From assembly GCA_045660225.1 (NCBI GenBank), contig JAZRDK010000077.1:7528-71527 (forward strand): a stretch of DNA of 64,000 nt, given 5' to 3'. The position numbers and the translations under genes were made by a program. The notes beneath the pieces are model-generated. The model worked only from the letters and a program-made list of their open reading frames with translations. It was not told where the DNA came from and searched no databases. Source of the stretch: Candidatus Scatosoma sp. Lineage in GTDB: Bacteria > Bacillota > Clostridia > Christensenellales > Borkfalkiaceae. Positions 19,901 to 26,748 of the stretch are shown here, piece after piece. Position 1 is the first letter of the stretch, and every line of letters starts with the position of its first letter.

Positions 19901-22173
19901 ACTGCCTTCGAAATATAACCGAAGTCTTGCAAGTCTGCCTTCGTCTTCAATACCTTGGTAACCAACAATACGGGCGCGCTGACAATCGCTTTATCCGTCG
20001 TGATATAAAGCGTGTATTCGCCACCAACGTAACCAAAGTCGGCTACGTCCAACGTCAACGTCGTACCACTCAGCTTAAAGTCGATGTCCTTGCCGTCAAA
20101 GGTTACCTTTTCAACGCTCGTAAACGCAGATGCTTCCGCAAGACTGATGGTTGCCGTGCCCGTACTCGTCGAAATGACCTTCGTGGTGTTGTTGATTTGT
20201 ACGTCAAGGTTAATTTCTTGTCTTGCCGTCAACGTTTCTACGCCAACCAAGCCAAGCTTATCTTTCATAAATACGGGCCAAGCGTCAACTTTTGCTTTAA
20301 TTTCCGCATTGTCGTTGTATACTGCCATAAACGCAGCTTTGTCCGTCGACCACCAACGAGTTTCCGACTTCTTTCCCGTCAACGGATTGACCCCGTTGAT
20401 AATACCACTGTTGAACGTAGTCGCCCAAGCACCCGTTTCAGGTGCGCCGATAATATAAACGCCTTCAAATTTTGCGCCACTGGACAAACCGAGGACACAA
20501 AAACCTTTCTCATCGTCATGCCAGCTCTTGCCCTTGTTAGCGTTTTCTGCCGTAGTTACCTTTGCACTATCCGTAATGTCAATAAATACGTTTCTAAGCG
20601 TACCCGTCGCATTGTAAGTCCCACCGTTAACAACAGCTAAATTCCAAGCTGTATTACCGTCGTCAAACCACGTACCATCTTTACCAAGACCAGACGTCGC
20701 GGTAAACCAACCGCCTATCGAGTATGCGTGCACGTATACGTTTTCTACCAAGCCATTGTTAAATTCGGAAATCACCGAAGAATGAGCCATGATAACCGCG
20801 TTGGTGAAGGATACGTTTTTGAGCGTACCTTTTGCGCCGATGACGTCGATAAAGCCGTCCGAATTCGACATATAACCGTTGATTGCATAACCACAACCGT
20901 CGAATACACCAACGAAGCCTTCGCCATTTTCCATATTGTTCGTCCAAAGCGTCCAACCACCTGCACCGTCGAACATTGCCGTCGTGTTCAGGGTAACGTC
21001 CGCGTCAAGCTGGAAATAACCAGCCCACTGACCGCCCGTAGAATCACCAGCAACTACGTCCGCGATGGTGTAGAAGGCTTTCAGTTCCGTTACGTCCGAA
21101 ATCTTCTTCGTAACAACAAGCGAATCGTTTGCCGTTACGTTGATGTCTATACCTTGATAATTGAAGGTAAGCGTTACGTCCTTTTCGCCCCACGTTTTCA
21201 CGTCAATCAACGACGCGGGAAGGAACAACTTGTTGTTTTCCACGTACGCGCCTTCCACACTCGAGAGCGCGCTTTCGCCAACGGACACGCTTTTCAAGGT
21301 GTAGTCCGTACCAAACTTAAGTGCGCCTGCGTTCAATTTCGTGATGTCAAAATCGACGTATTTCGAACTGTTTGCCGAGCCGTCCAAATTGACGTCAAGG
21401 TCAAGTTCTTGCGCGCCGATATCCACCGCCGATGCCGTGCTCGTAAGACTAAGCGGGCCCGTTACTTTACCGTTTTCCGACCACTTTCTGTCCGCGTTGC
21501 TTGCGTCCGCAAGACCAAGCGCCGACGCAAACGGAATCGTTTCGCCGTAAAGGTATTTGTGCACCGTACCGTTAATGGTTACGTCAAACGTTGCGTACGT
21601 ATTCAACAACTTTTCTACGCTTGCGCTGTCGGGGGTAGAATTTGCTTCCGCAACGGCAATCGCCGACAACGAAGACGTGTTGTACAGTTCGGAATATACC
21701 AAACCGTTAGACGTTTCCGCATACGCAACTACCGCAAGTTTCGTACCGTAGTTTTTCGCAGGGATGTTGTCGATGAACGCGCGCGCTTCGTAATCGCCCT
21801 GCGCGTTTCTTTCCCAGTTGTTCACGTCGCCGTTCGAGAATACGCCTTTCTTCGCGCTGGGCGTGTCAAGGTTAAGTTCCTTCCCAGCAAGCACAGCGTT
21901 GGGAATTACCAAAATACCCGTTTCTCTGCCCTGCGCAACCGTATTTTCATACAGCGCGTCGGAAATCGTCACGTGATAACGTGCCGCCGCCTTATCCTGC
22001 GTGTTTGCATAACGGAGCGACGCACCTGCGACGTTCAATTCCGTCGAAACGATGTTTGCGCTTGCGCCCGAAACGCGCTTTACCTCGCCAAACGACACCA
22101 CGCCGAATACGACGCTAAGGCAGAACGCAACGAACAAAAGGATTAAAGATTTGATTTTCGTACCAATTCTCAT
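10972..22173 (-). CDS. Giant secreted modular protein (3733 aa): signal peptide, six Ig-like plus beta-helix-like modules, and a C-terminal DUF4838-like putative glycosidase region
   Basis: A single 11.2-kb open frame. ATG 22173 has AAGGAGGG 8 nt upstream (the track's TTG at 22215 is rejected). The signal is MRIGTKIKSLILLFVAFCLSVVFGVVSFG...SGASA. Six G-F-x-G-x-(F/I)-D-G-x-(G/N)-x-x-I motifs occur. The C-terminal part has IVIG...GLAVVKFLSEVLGYR and EDNSNACTCSSCTAFG, which mirror the 674-aa lipoprotein at 60613..62637. No LPXTG or other anchor is visible. Confidence 0.9.
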   Translation of the reverse strand: MRIGTKIKSLILLFVAFCLSVVFGVVSFGEVKRVSGASANIVSTELNVAGASLRYANTQDKAAARYHVTISDALYENTVAQGRETGILVIPNAVLAGKELNLDTPSAKKGVFSNGDVNNWERNAQGDYEARAFIDNIPAKNYGTKLAVVAYAETSNGLVYSELYNTSSLSAIAVAEANSTPDSASVEKLLNTYATFDVTINGTVHKYLYGETIPFASALGLADASNADRKWSENGKVTGPLSLTSTASAVDIGAQELDLDVNLDGSANSSKYVDFDITKLNAGALKFGTDYTLKSVSVGESALSSVEGAYVENNKLFLPASLIDVKTWGEKDVTLTFNYQGIDINVTANDSLVVTKKISDVTELKAFYTIADVVAGDSTGGQWAGYFQLDADVTLNTTAMFDGAGGWTLWTNNMENGEGFVGVFDGCGYAINGYMSNSDGFIDVIGAKGTLKNVSFTNAVIMAHSSVISEFNNGLVENVYVHAYSIGGWFTATSGLGKDGTWFDDGNTAWNLAVVNGGTYNATGTLRNVFIDITDSAKVTTAENANKGKSWHDDEKGFCVLGLSSGAKFEGVYIIGAPETGAWATTFNSGIINGVNPLTGKKSETRWWSTDKAAFMAVYNDNAEIKAKVDAWPVFMKDKLGLVGVETLTARQEINLDVQINNTTKVISTSTGTATISLAEASAFTSVEKVTFDGKDIDFKLSGTTLTLDVADFGYVGGEYTLYITTDKAIVSAPVLLVTKVLKTKADLQDFGYISKAVYASNDKLWGGYFKLGNDIEFNDTWKAFIAGGPGNTTPPTTGAGLSWAFADGGFAGTFDGDGHKIIGMTMSGWANSTTHAFIGVLKGGTIKDVAFTNTTNTGNGAIVTLGGSGTIENVYVQYTKFYAGATEGPATFFALSSPSSTADLTIKNCFVDLSKAAFTTNAANTVAGVIGSTAKVSGSSFAGGDFTGKLENVYAVSAKHDAFHDPIEKVSEEEAGNTTVYAGVGAFIDAYATDSVMAYTFDTLNDMFGIALDNSLPAFGTVDEGEIDLDVKVENGTAVVNTATATFYVSKVASDLTEFVSLSYNGAEPITSGVTVNGAKVTVPVAGQIAPTSYTDKADYNLTLVAKNANGKVYNITIPTALVTKTIKTKADLNSFLSIADVVADDEVKTTGSTGRTWGGYFKLGADIVFNTTADINKGSKDLPLWNYDMDRRAGDTDASYSEGFVGIFDGCGYAIEGLVMTSTAFIDVIGANGIVRNVAFNNAVVTQGASVISEQVNGLVENVYVSMYSVGGYHSTKWGGFGGSGAWYTDGWCTANTTVVNNSYMATGTLKNVVIDITGSNKVNTESDPAKSGKTWHDDADGPSLLGLSENAKFEGVYLIGVPEEGTWATTAAGIINGVKASEVAKKTEARSWYENNDDFVSAYLENATIKATVDAWPVWMKELVGAVETVDGGDLDLNVQVESSTKTVSLNGEEVEISLGRKLGGEIVSVKMGEEQLYYARIEGEKLYIPAEQFGFNYGERTLNVKTTEDLLNVNVFLITKEIYTKDDLDNFGLIAKAVRSDNDKMWGGYFRLAQDIPYNATWKSFIAVGTSVKGNSTGAALSWGYSAGGFEGVFDGNGKKIIGMAMSGWVDSNVHAFIGTLKGGTIKDLAFTNARLIAAGALVTLGGTGTVENVYVKYEQFVAPTNYLPDTAQNTEGFGTFFHQAAGSNHVCAITLKNCFVNLVGAYQGTSTNERAAGVIGSLNKYQNGWQGATDYTGTMTNVYAVGNSKNFPVVFEKDPANSVVSAAELGNTELFVDEKEFSKAYYKDATLKAAYDMLNAKFGIGLNLADISDVSIDVEDAVTLNLDVTTEYSNWDESAATLTYGEPVAQATAFTLDLNKGEAEGEEFAQVSDVQIDNGKQTRSIARNTLTGVTLANNIITIPVKGNFSATDYFDGYTLKVTATTEMGKPYHFTFKDVDLVSMVIESKDDLQKFGPVALAIGAKTGTPFDYTQSNDKEGTADGYFVLGADIDFGSTFDTRKSDYLKPFMMRRVEMNNDRNNGFVGIFDGRNYVISNLAEYSKAGEGGFITALGEKGVLRNISFTDAYLGGNGACFVSWRGKGLYENIYVQYAKDGWGLTDSNTAGNVSTFFGYVAENSASGMDEVKLVNCFVDFSKIDMTKLYTPWGNSANESSERVGVPIDPVAGVTGMVAKVKNTGSINGVYSIGLKDGIVRSDRANQYIYNYASNAIVDARNSVKTPYWYRTKDANGNYAWAQNVNGGLTIGNSPDGSVKGSIGAFDNNGLWGNWATAQDMANAYNEAGSSIRTMLSTWDADVWKVVGGVPSPKYASTAGMVMLDLDLVPVYDDATKVLIGVVPGNGWTELKISDIDTKFGTLVSAYYGNTNLNGVFNENTNVLRVETSAFGTKYGQDSITLTFCDEFGKNHTFSIGVMLVSKMISNADELNQMGAIAKALGTSEIIWDGYFVFDDDIEYNGKFTPFIDVSSGVNVDANTQSNWKAVTALDGKEYWTYNGKYVYSYINWKSAKIETSADLSTISTFKQSNASTGSILGWSYNGNQGFTGVIDGQGHTISGLKMLNQWTANNSFVPSNNGTIKNLAFINAEKNYNGGYVSTGGAGTIENVYVKYSAFASAQSTDGSGTFFAQPNGNDKTLSMNLVNCFVDASAVATAATNAGMVGSAGANVSAFNGSFDGVYAVSGANNVALRDASTGTVITPVWNTATTAGKAGSFASQADFVTAYNNFGTLYQTVKAYPDWMKKLVFAGATNVQDPLAGYFVKEGVTEYSIVIGTLGANETQAIEYVNKLVKEQTGAKLTYARASEWTKDMHYVVVNDWNLFHQAFSTENPLNGANYGVFTKGNSIFVMAEDNADLGLAVVKFLSEVLGYRQYSGDARGAQALSKTESTYTLNQLADGTVIADVEGYGECLNVDGNSIKLPGEINFCNDVMFAYRLAGPFTTMNNEGAYSMGTNKYTQHAGNWHNMTSNGDLVPASQAYVVDGVTYGAYERNTNTHKWYASMDDYVTYDDNDNVTARYWPAGAEIQVCFTAHGDATAYAHLVKVYGDAIIRLANNNPKKDVMLLTTEDNSNACTCSSCTAFGSAAATYLNFVNDVEQYVNNGTVTLAGGTTITTDGTYSINGTKTTFATLDRSTPVRIGYFAYQAYQTTPYVNDASKVADYARVEPKTMDANHLSKADQLNVLYPNTNTLLVLAPGGAISDTPMNEGRNLTESWSEKHPANWYDMQVWLEITSKQGANIYLWSYELMQGDWFLSRNSFESTVANYRLFAENGNMEVMSTENLWSKSNVTAFGALKAYINSQALMEVNKYVDIDEKTGLVDKTSLNKYCQKLIDEFFGLKRDVFGNLTNTGTGKGYYGAGGVEMYKLYLEYRAAQYLFTEMDDQIATYKGEKGTETYKNADFGTTKAQSWTIDWNALNLTVDNVKATTFYGQDKSGNFTGEDFYWIADYARLKIGVKASVTKAIPQHEKSSVGSQELGLVTTYYYQATGTWTSENDNVSNINRWLGYVATAHSKVSEETYQKHILVESLMPRWIATGGLLWAGEALGVENGAFSTPGTAKVGDWNTNAATSKDKLQQNYGGTNPDFLENDVTPDGLYGYVVNGTKWVTGIWNVTEKSVTWTFGLGDDLIKKTDYAKDYESTIPVGDGTMNGYAEKTYEDDATHLEAFRRDFLMDAKMLGYEHYASGKGANLMFVEYSNRYKGNYSSNSNAKQKQMVWISDTSNRVFGVINPSNFY
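13930..21414 (-). repeat. Six tandem ~390-520-aa coding modules of alternating A and B types
   Basis: Each module opens with (L/I)(D/N)LDV and contains an (L/V)(V/I)TK.I.T..DL..F linker, then WGGYF.L..DI. The FDG motif centres lie near 20900, 19720, 18545, 17375, 16070 and 14520. Type A carries FDGCGYAI...ENVYV..YS.GG. Type B carries FDG.G.KIIGM...GGTIKD.AFTN...ENVYV.Y..F. Confidence 0.85.
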
Positions 22174-22186
22174 TTTCTTTCCCTCC

Positions 22187-22321
22187 TTACGATTCAAACC
22201 CGTCACCTTCTTCAACGTCCCATTCCCATTCCAGGGAGACGCTGCCCGTGATGACGTCTTCTGCCAGCTCTACAATCTCTACGAAAAGAGAAGGATAGCC
22301 TTTCTTGCCAAATTGTTCCAT
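22187..22321 (-). CDS. Small acidic ORF (44 aa) immediately upstream of the giant gene
   Basis: AAAGGAG lies 7 nt before ATG 22321. The product is MEQFGKKGYPSLFVEIVELAEDVITGSVSLEWEWDVEEGDGFES. Its TAA overlaps the RBS of the giant gene. It is too short for the ORF track and I recognise no homolog. Confidence 0.45.
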   Translation of the reverse strand: MEQFGKKGYPSLFVEIVELAEDVITGSVSLEWEWDVEEGDGFES

Positions 22322-22420
22322 AGTTTTTACTCCTTTAAGAGTTTATTTTTGCCTTTTCGCGCCCCCAATTCGCCCACGTGAGAGCGCATACGTTTCATTA
22401 TAAATAATGATACGATTTCA

Positions 22421-22449
22421 TTATATAACCAAAAAATGCCCTTGTCAAT
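22421..22449 (-). promoter_or_regulatory. Sigma-70-type promoter for the small ORF plus giant gene
   Basis: The minus strand reads TTGACA, a 17-nt spacer, then TATAAT. TTTCATTATA occurs twice nearby (22394-22403 and 22417-22426). Confidence 0.65.
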
Positions 22450-22603
22450 GACGAAAACTGCACGATTTATTGCAAATTCTGCACATTTTTATTTTTTATT
22501 TTCCGCGCAATTTAGTCATCAAACGGGCGGATTAGCGCGCAAAAAAAGACGACGGATTGCTCCATCGCCTTCGTTTTTTTGTGTTTTTAGTTTGGCAAAC
22601 GCG

Positions 22604-24004
22604 TTAATTTTTCGTCAGCTCATAACCCGTTTTGCTGTCCTTCACAGCATAGCCCATTTCCGCAAGTTTCGCCCTTAATTCGTCGCTCTTTGCCCAGTCG
22701 CGGTTCAAGCGCGCCTGCCAACGTTCTTCGGCAACCGCCTGTACGTCTTGGGGAATTTCGCTACCCTTTTCACCGTACTGCGACGCGTACGCCTTCGCGT
22801 CTTTTTTGAAAAGCCCCAAAAGCGCGTACGTTTTTCTGATTTGGTTTGCGTATGCAACCGCTTTCGCGTCGCCCTGCGCCAACCATTTTTTCACGTCCTT
22901 GAAATAGCCGAAAAGGTTGGAAAGTGCCAACGCGGTGTTGAAATCGTCGCTCATGCAAGCGTTGAATTCTTCGTCCACGACGCGCGCCGTGTTTTCATCG
23001 TCCGCACTCGCCTGCAAGCGCGAATCGTCCGCCTGCGCAAGCAACGCGTAGAAATCGGATAAATGCTTTTCCGCGGACGGGAATAAGTCGTCCGTGACGT
23101 TGATGTCGTTTCTGTAATTCGTTTGCAACAGCGCGAATTTCACCGCTTCGTCCGAATATTTTTCCAAAAGCTCGGCAAGCAGAAGGCTGTTCCCAAGCGA
23201 TTTGCTCATTTTTTGACCGTTGACTTTAATCAAGCCGTTGTGCGTCCAGTATTTAACAAACTGTTTGCCCGTCAACGCTTCCGTTTGCGCAATTTCGTTT
23301 TCGTGGTGCGGGAAAATCAAGTCCCTTCCACCGCCGTGGATATCGATTTGTTCGCCAAACGCCTGCTTATTCATCGCCGAACACTCGATATGCCAACCGG
23401 GTCTGCCCTTGCCCCAAGGCGATTCCCAGTAAATTTCGCCGGGTTTCGCGCTCTTCCACAACGCGAAATCGTACGCGTTTTTCTTCTCTTCGTCGTTGTC
23501 TACACGCACGCCGTCCAACGCGTCTTCAATGTTCCTGTTCGACAATTTACCGTACCCAGGGTAGGATGCAACGTCAAAATACACGTCCCCGTTCTTCGTC
23601 GGATACGCATGCCCTTTGGCAATCAACGTGGACACGAAATCGATGATATTTTCAATGTTTTCCGTCGCCTTCAACCATACGTCAGGGTCGTCCACGGCAA
23701 ACTTATCCATAATCGTGTTGATGTTTTCAATCATCATCTTTGCGTACTCGTCCGCAGGAATCCCCGTTTCCTTCGATTTCGCGATAATTTTATCGTCCAC
23801 GTCCGTGTAATTGCGCGCGTAGGTTACGTCGTAACCTAACTTTTTCAAATATTTACGCATAATGTCGTAAATCTACGCCTGATATCCGTGTCCGATATGC
23901 GCTTCGCCCGAAACGGTAATACCGCAAGCGTACATTTTCACCTTGTTTTCTTCCAAAGGCACAAACTCTTCTTTTCTCTTCGTCAACGAATTGTAAATTT
24001 TCAT
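22604..24004 (-). pseudogene. cysS: Cysteine--tRNA ligase, full-length frame interrupted by a single in-frame TAG at codon 44 (23873-23875)
   Basis: My translation from ATG 24004 gives [76 protein letters not shown]... The frame is the same on both sides of the TAG. HIGH lies upstream of it and KMSKS downstream. The total of 466 codons is typical for CysRS. The track only shows the 418-aa part downstream of the stop. Confidence 0.9.
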
Positions 24005-24699
24005 TTTTCTATCTCCGTTTTTTCTTTATTTTCCTTTTCATCGCGTACCTGGGTGGCTCTTTTCTTCCCCGAACGCTTTTCTTCCGCCTTCCGCGCTTCT
24101 TCTTTTGCCAGCTCTTCCTTCGCTTCTAAAGACAACGCTTGCACCGCGATTAAGCCTGCGTGCGCGTACTCTTCGTCCGGTTTTCGAATCCGCACGATAC
24201 GTCCAGGCACGCCCACCACCGTCGCGTACGGTGGCACTTCCTTCAACACAACCGCGCCCGCGCCGATTTTCGCGCCCTTACCGACGGTAAATCCGCCAAG
24301 CACCTTCGCGCCCGCCGACAAAACGACGTCTTCCATAATCGTCGGATGTCGTTTTCCACGCTCCTTACCAGTACCGCCCAGCGTAACGCCTTGGTAAATG
24401 ACCGTTCCCTTATGCACTTCCGCCGTTTCGCCGATAACGACGCCCGACCCGTGGTCGATAAACACGCCCCCTTCGATTTTTGCGCCAGGGTGAATTTCTA
24501 CGCCCGTAAACAAGCGTCCTGCCTGGCTGATAACGCGCGCGATAAATTTCAGTTTAATGCGCCTAAAAAACCGCGCAAGTCGATACCACATCAAGGCGTG
24601 CACCCCAGAGTAGGTGACGAGAATTTCAAACCAGTTTCTCGCCGCAGGGTCGTTCGCCTTCGCGGCTTTAATGTCCGCACTTAAATTTTTGAACCACAT
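24001..24699 (-). CDS. cysE: Serine O-acetyltransferase with a Lys/Glu-rich C-terminal extension
   Basis: Hexapeptide-repeat core ([30 protein letters not shown] ... [28 protein letters not shown]). The stop overlaps the cysS start as ATGA. The RBS is GGAGAGAAGGGA. Confidence 0.9.
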   Translation of the reverse strand: MWFKNLSADIKAAKANDPAARNWFEILVTYSGVHALMWYRLARFFRRIKLKFIARVISQAGRLFTGVEIHPGAKIEGGVFIDHGSGVVIGETAEVHKGTVIYQGVTLGGTGKERGKRHPTIMEDVVLSAGAKVLGGFTVGKGAKIGAGAVVLKEVPPYATVVGVPGRIVRIRKPDEEYAHAGLIAVQALSLEAKEELAKEEARKAEEKRSGKKRATQVRDEKENKEKTEIEK

Positions 24700-24721
24700 A
24701 TCCCTTCTCTCCTAAACGTAG

Positions 24722-24975
24722 CTTTTTGATAAAAAAGACGCCTTTACGCACAATGCGTAAAGGCGTCGTTCAACGCTGTCCCACTTTACTTCAAAAGCCG
24801 TTGGCTTTCCTTTTTCGCCCGATAACGGGGGCATCCGCGGAGATTAATCCGTCCTTAACGCGGAAACGCACTTTCACCGATTTTCTTTCCCACGACGCGC
24901 TTTCAGCCTACGGCGCGACTCTCTGTTTTTGGCAAAGACAACTTCGGTTACTCTTTTCCCGCTCGGTATTCATTT
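24722..24975 (-). promoter_or_regulatory. T-box riboswitch leader, probable Cys specifier, upstream of cysE-cysS
   Basis: On the minus strand: an AGAGAG bulge; GGTGAAAG-TGC-G (candidate UGC specifier, plus-strand 24868-24870); a CCGTTA F-box-like element; and T-box AAGTGGGACAGCG (24774-24786). A terminator follows, with stem GACGCCTTTACGCA / GCGTAAAGGCGTC and a T-run (24731-24767). B. subtilis cysES has the same arrangement. Confidence 0.75.
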
Positions 24976-25034
24976 TTCTTATTATATCATATTCCGTTTC
25001 GAAACGCAAGTGTTTTCAATCGGAAAGATTTTTC

Positions 25035-25661
25035 TTATTTAATAAACAAATTTTTGACGCCGTATTCGTCAAACGCGCGTTGTATCATCGCAGGATTGTA
25101 CACTTTACGAGTAAGCAGGTACGAGATGACGACGTCTTTTGGACGCGTATAATCAAACTCTTCGTACAAAAGCGTAAACATCGTCTTCAAATCTTCCATT
25201 GAAATTTGCGCCGTCAACGCAATCGAAAACAACAGGTTTTTCGTCGGCAAAAACTTGCCTTTCCAAATCTTATGCCAAATTTCTTCGCTGACGTCAAGCG
25301 GTTCGCCCACGCTCTTTTCATTCAAACCGTATTTGGCAAGGATATTTCTAAAATGTTTGGCAAACCCGTATTTCGAACGGTTGTTTTTGATGCGTCCAAA
25401 AAAGCCGAGCGGTACGAAGGAAAAGGAAAACGTCAAATCTGCCAATCTTGATTTCAGCTCTTTCAACAATTCGTCCTTTTTTTCCTGCGTGGCAAGGCGC
25501 ATCGTATCCGCAGGAAGGGTGTACGTCCGCGTACGCCCAAACTCGTCCACCTTCGACGTCTGCATCAACGGCATTTTATAGCCTGGCAAAACGCAGAGTT
25601 TATCATAATTTGCATACTTCTCGCAAAAATATCCGTCCAAATCCGTGATAAAATCGAACAT
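25035..25661 (-). CDS. Hypothetical protein (208 aa)
   Basis: A clean ORF with no family recognised. The C-terminal third may contain an HTH (LLFSIALTAQISMEDLKTMF). Confidence 0.55.
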   Translation of the reverse strand: MFDFITDLDGYFCEKYANYDKLCVLPGYKMPLMQTSKVDEFGRTRTYTLPADTMRLATQEKKDELLKELKSRLADLTFSFSFVPLGFFGRIKNNRSKYGFAKHFRNILAKYGLNEKSVGEPLDVSEEIWHKIWKGKFLPTKNLLFSIALTAQISMEDLKTMFTLLYEEFDYTRPKDVVISYLLTRKVYNPAMIQRAFDEYGVKNLFIK

Positions 25662-25924
25662 TTGCCATCTCCTTGTCTACTTTCTTATCTTATTATACCC
25701 CACGCGAAAAAAAAACGCAAGTAAGATAAGCACGTTTGCCAAATTTTTATTCTTTTTTCATCCTTCCTTCTTTTCACAGGCGAAAATGTAAGTTTTTTTC
25801 GTTTTTTGCGCGCTTTTTGTAAAAAATTATAGAAAATACGCGAAAAACAAGGGCTTTTACTTGCTTTTTTCATTTTTTTATGTTACATTTAGATTGTTCA
25901 ATATACCAAAAAGGAGTACAACGT

Positions 25925-26683
25925 ATGAAAAGAGACCGTATTGCGGAAATTGCAGAACTTTTAGACAAGCGCGGTAAGTTGACTTTGGAGCAACTGGAAG
26001 ATTATTTCCCCAACGTTTCGCAAATGACCTTGCGACGCGACCTTTTCCAACTGGAAGAAGAAGGTAAAATCATCCGCGTCCGCGGCGGCGCGATGTCCGT
26101 ACGCGAAGTGCAAAAAACTTCGGGCGAGCCGTACACGAAGAAAACGACGATTCATACGGACGAAAAAATCGTTATCGCGCAAAAGGCGACCAGCCTTATC
26201 GACGAAGGCGCGTCCATTTTCCTTGACGGCGGTACGACGGCGCTGTATCTTGCCAAAGAACTCCCCGACAAAGTCTACAACGTGTTTACAAACGGGCTTG
26301 CCGTCGCCACCGAGCTTGCCAAGAAAAAGAACGTCGTGGTCAACCTTCTCGGCGGTCAACTGATTAAGGAAAACCTTGCCACCGTTTCTTCCTTCTCGTC
26401 ATTGTATTTCACGGACACGAATTTCGAACTTGCCATCATCTCCGCGTCCGCGTTCACGACGGAAAACGGATTTTCGTGCAGTTCGCAAATCGAAGCGGAA
26501 CTTTTGCGCGTTATTTGCAAAAAGGCTAAATTTTTGTATATGATGCTCGACAGCTCGAAAATCGGCAAAATCAAACCGCACACCTTCGCGCGCGCGGAAG
26601 ACATCAACGTATTAATCACGGACAACGATTTCCCCGACGCTTTGAAAAACAAGTTCAAAGAAATGGACGTCGTCGTCATCTAA
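25925..26683 (+). CDS. DeoR/GlpR family transcriptional regulator
   Basis: ATG 25925 follows AAAGGAG. The N-terminal HTH is LTLEQLEDYFPNVSQMTLRRDLFQLEEEGKIIRVRGGA, and the C-terminal half is a sugar-phosphate sensor domain. Confidence 0.88.
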   Translation: MKRDRIAEIAELLDKRGKLTLEQLEDYFPNVSQMTLRRDLFQLEEEGKIIRVRGGAMSVREVQKTSGEPYTKKTTIHTDEKIVIAQKATSLIDEGASIFLDGGTTALYLAKELPDKVYNVFTNGLAVATELAKKKNVVVNLLGGQLIKENLATVSSFSSLYFTDTNFELAIISASAFTTENGFSCSSQIEAELLRVICKKAKFLYMMLDSSKIGKIKPHTFARAEDINVLITDNDFPDALKNKFKEMDVVVI

Positions 26684-26694
26684 CCCCAACGAAA

Positions 26695-26733
26695 AAACAA
26701 AAAACTCGACTTTTCGCAAGTCGAGTTTTTTTC
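26695..26733. terminator. Bidirectional terminator between convergent genes
   Basis: AAAACTCGACT / AGTCGAGTTTT stem with an A-run and a T-run. Confidence 0.8.
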
Positions 26734-26748
26734 TTTGTTTTTTCGCGT

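Noticed and set aside
17317-20640. Very long plus-strand ORFs inside the giant gene (17317..20640 at 1107 aa; also 11779..13515, 13705..14610, 16303..17238 and 20728..22146) and inside the right-hand lipoprotein genes (61156..63432 at 758 aa; 57558..58421; 59535..60563).
   Set aside because: Their translations are Arg/Val/Phe-rich and low in complexity, with no start context. They lie exactly antisense to frames that have RBSs, signal peptides and coherent repeated domains. They are shadow ORFs produced by codon bias.
22174-22215. Upstream alternative starts reported by the ORF track: TTG 22215 for the giant gene, 31706 for murQ, 55787 for the GH109-like gene, 57427 for the 562-aa protein, 52555 for trkA, 49581 for the MFS gene, 29598 for the PHP gene and 25880 for the DeoR gene.
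   Set aside because: In each case an internal ATG with a GGAGG-type RBS fits the conserved N-terminus. The extension overlaps the upstream gene, a terminator hairpin or a promoter.
23873-23875. Genome-wide reassignment of TAG to a sense codon as the explanation for the cysS stop.
   Set aside because: I do not adopt this as the primary reading. Three apparently normal genes in the window (the DUF368 gene, the 336-aa hypothetical and the signal peptidase) end at TAG. No CUA-anticodon tRNA is visible here. It remains listed as something to test in the corresponding finding.
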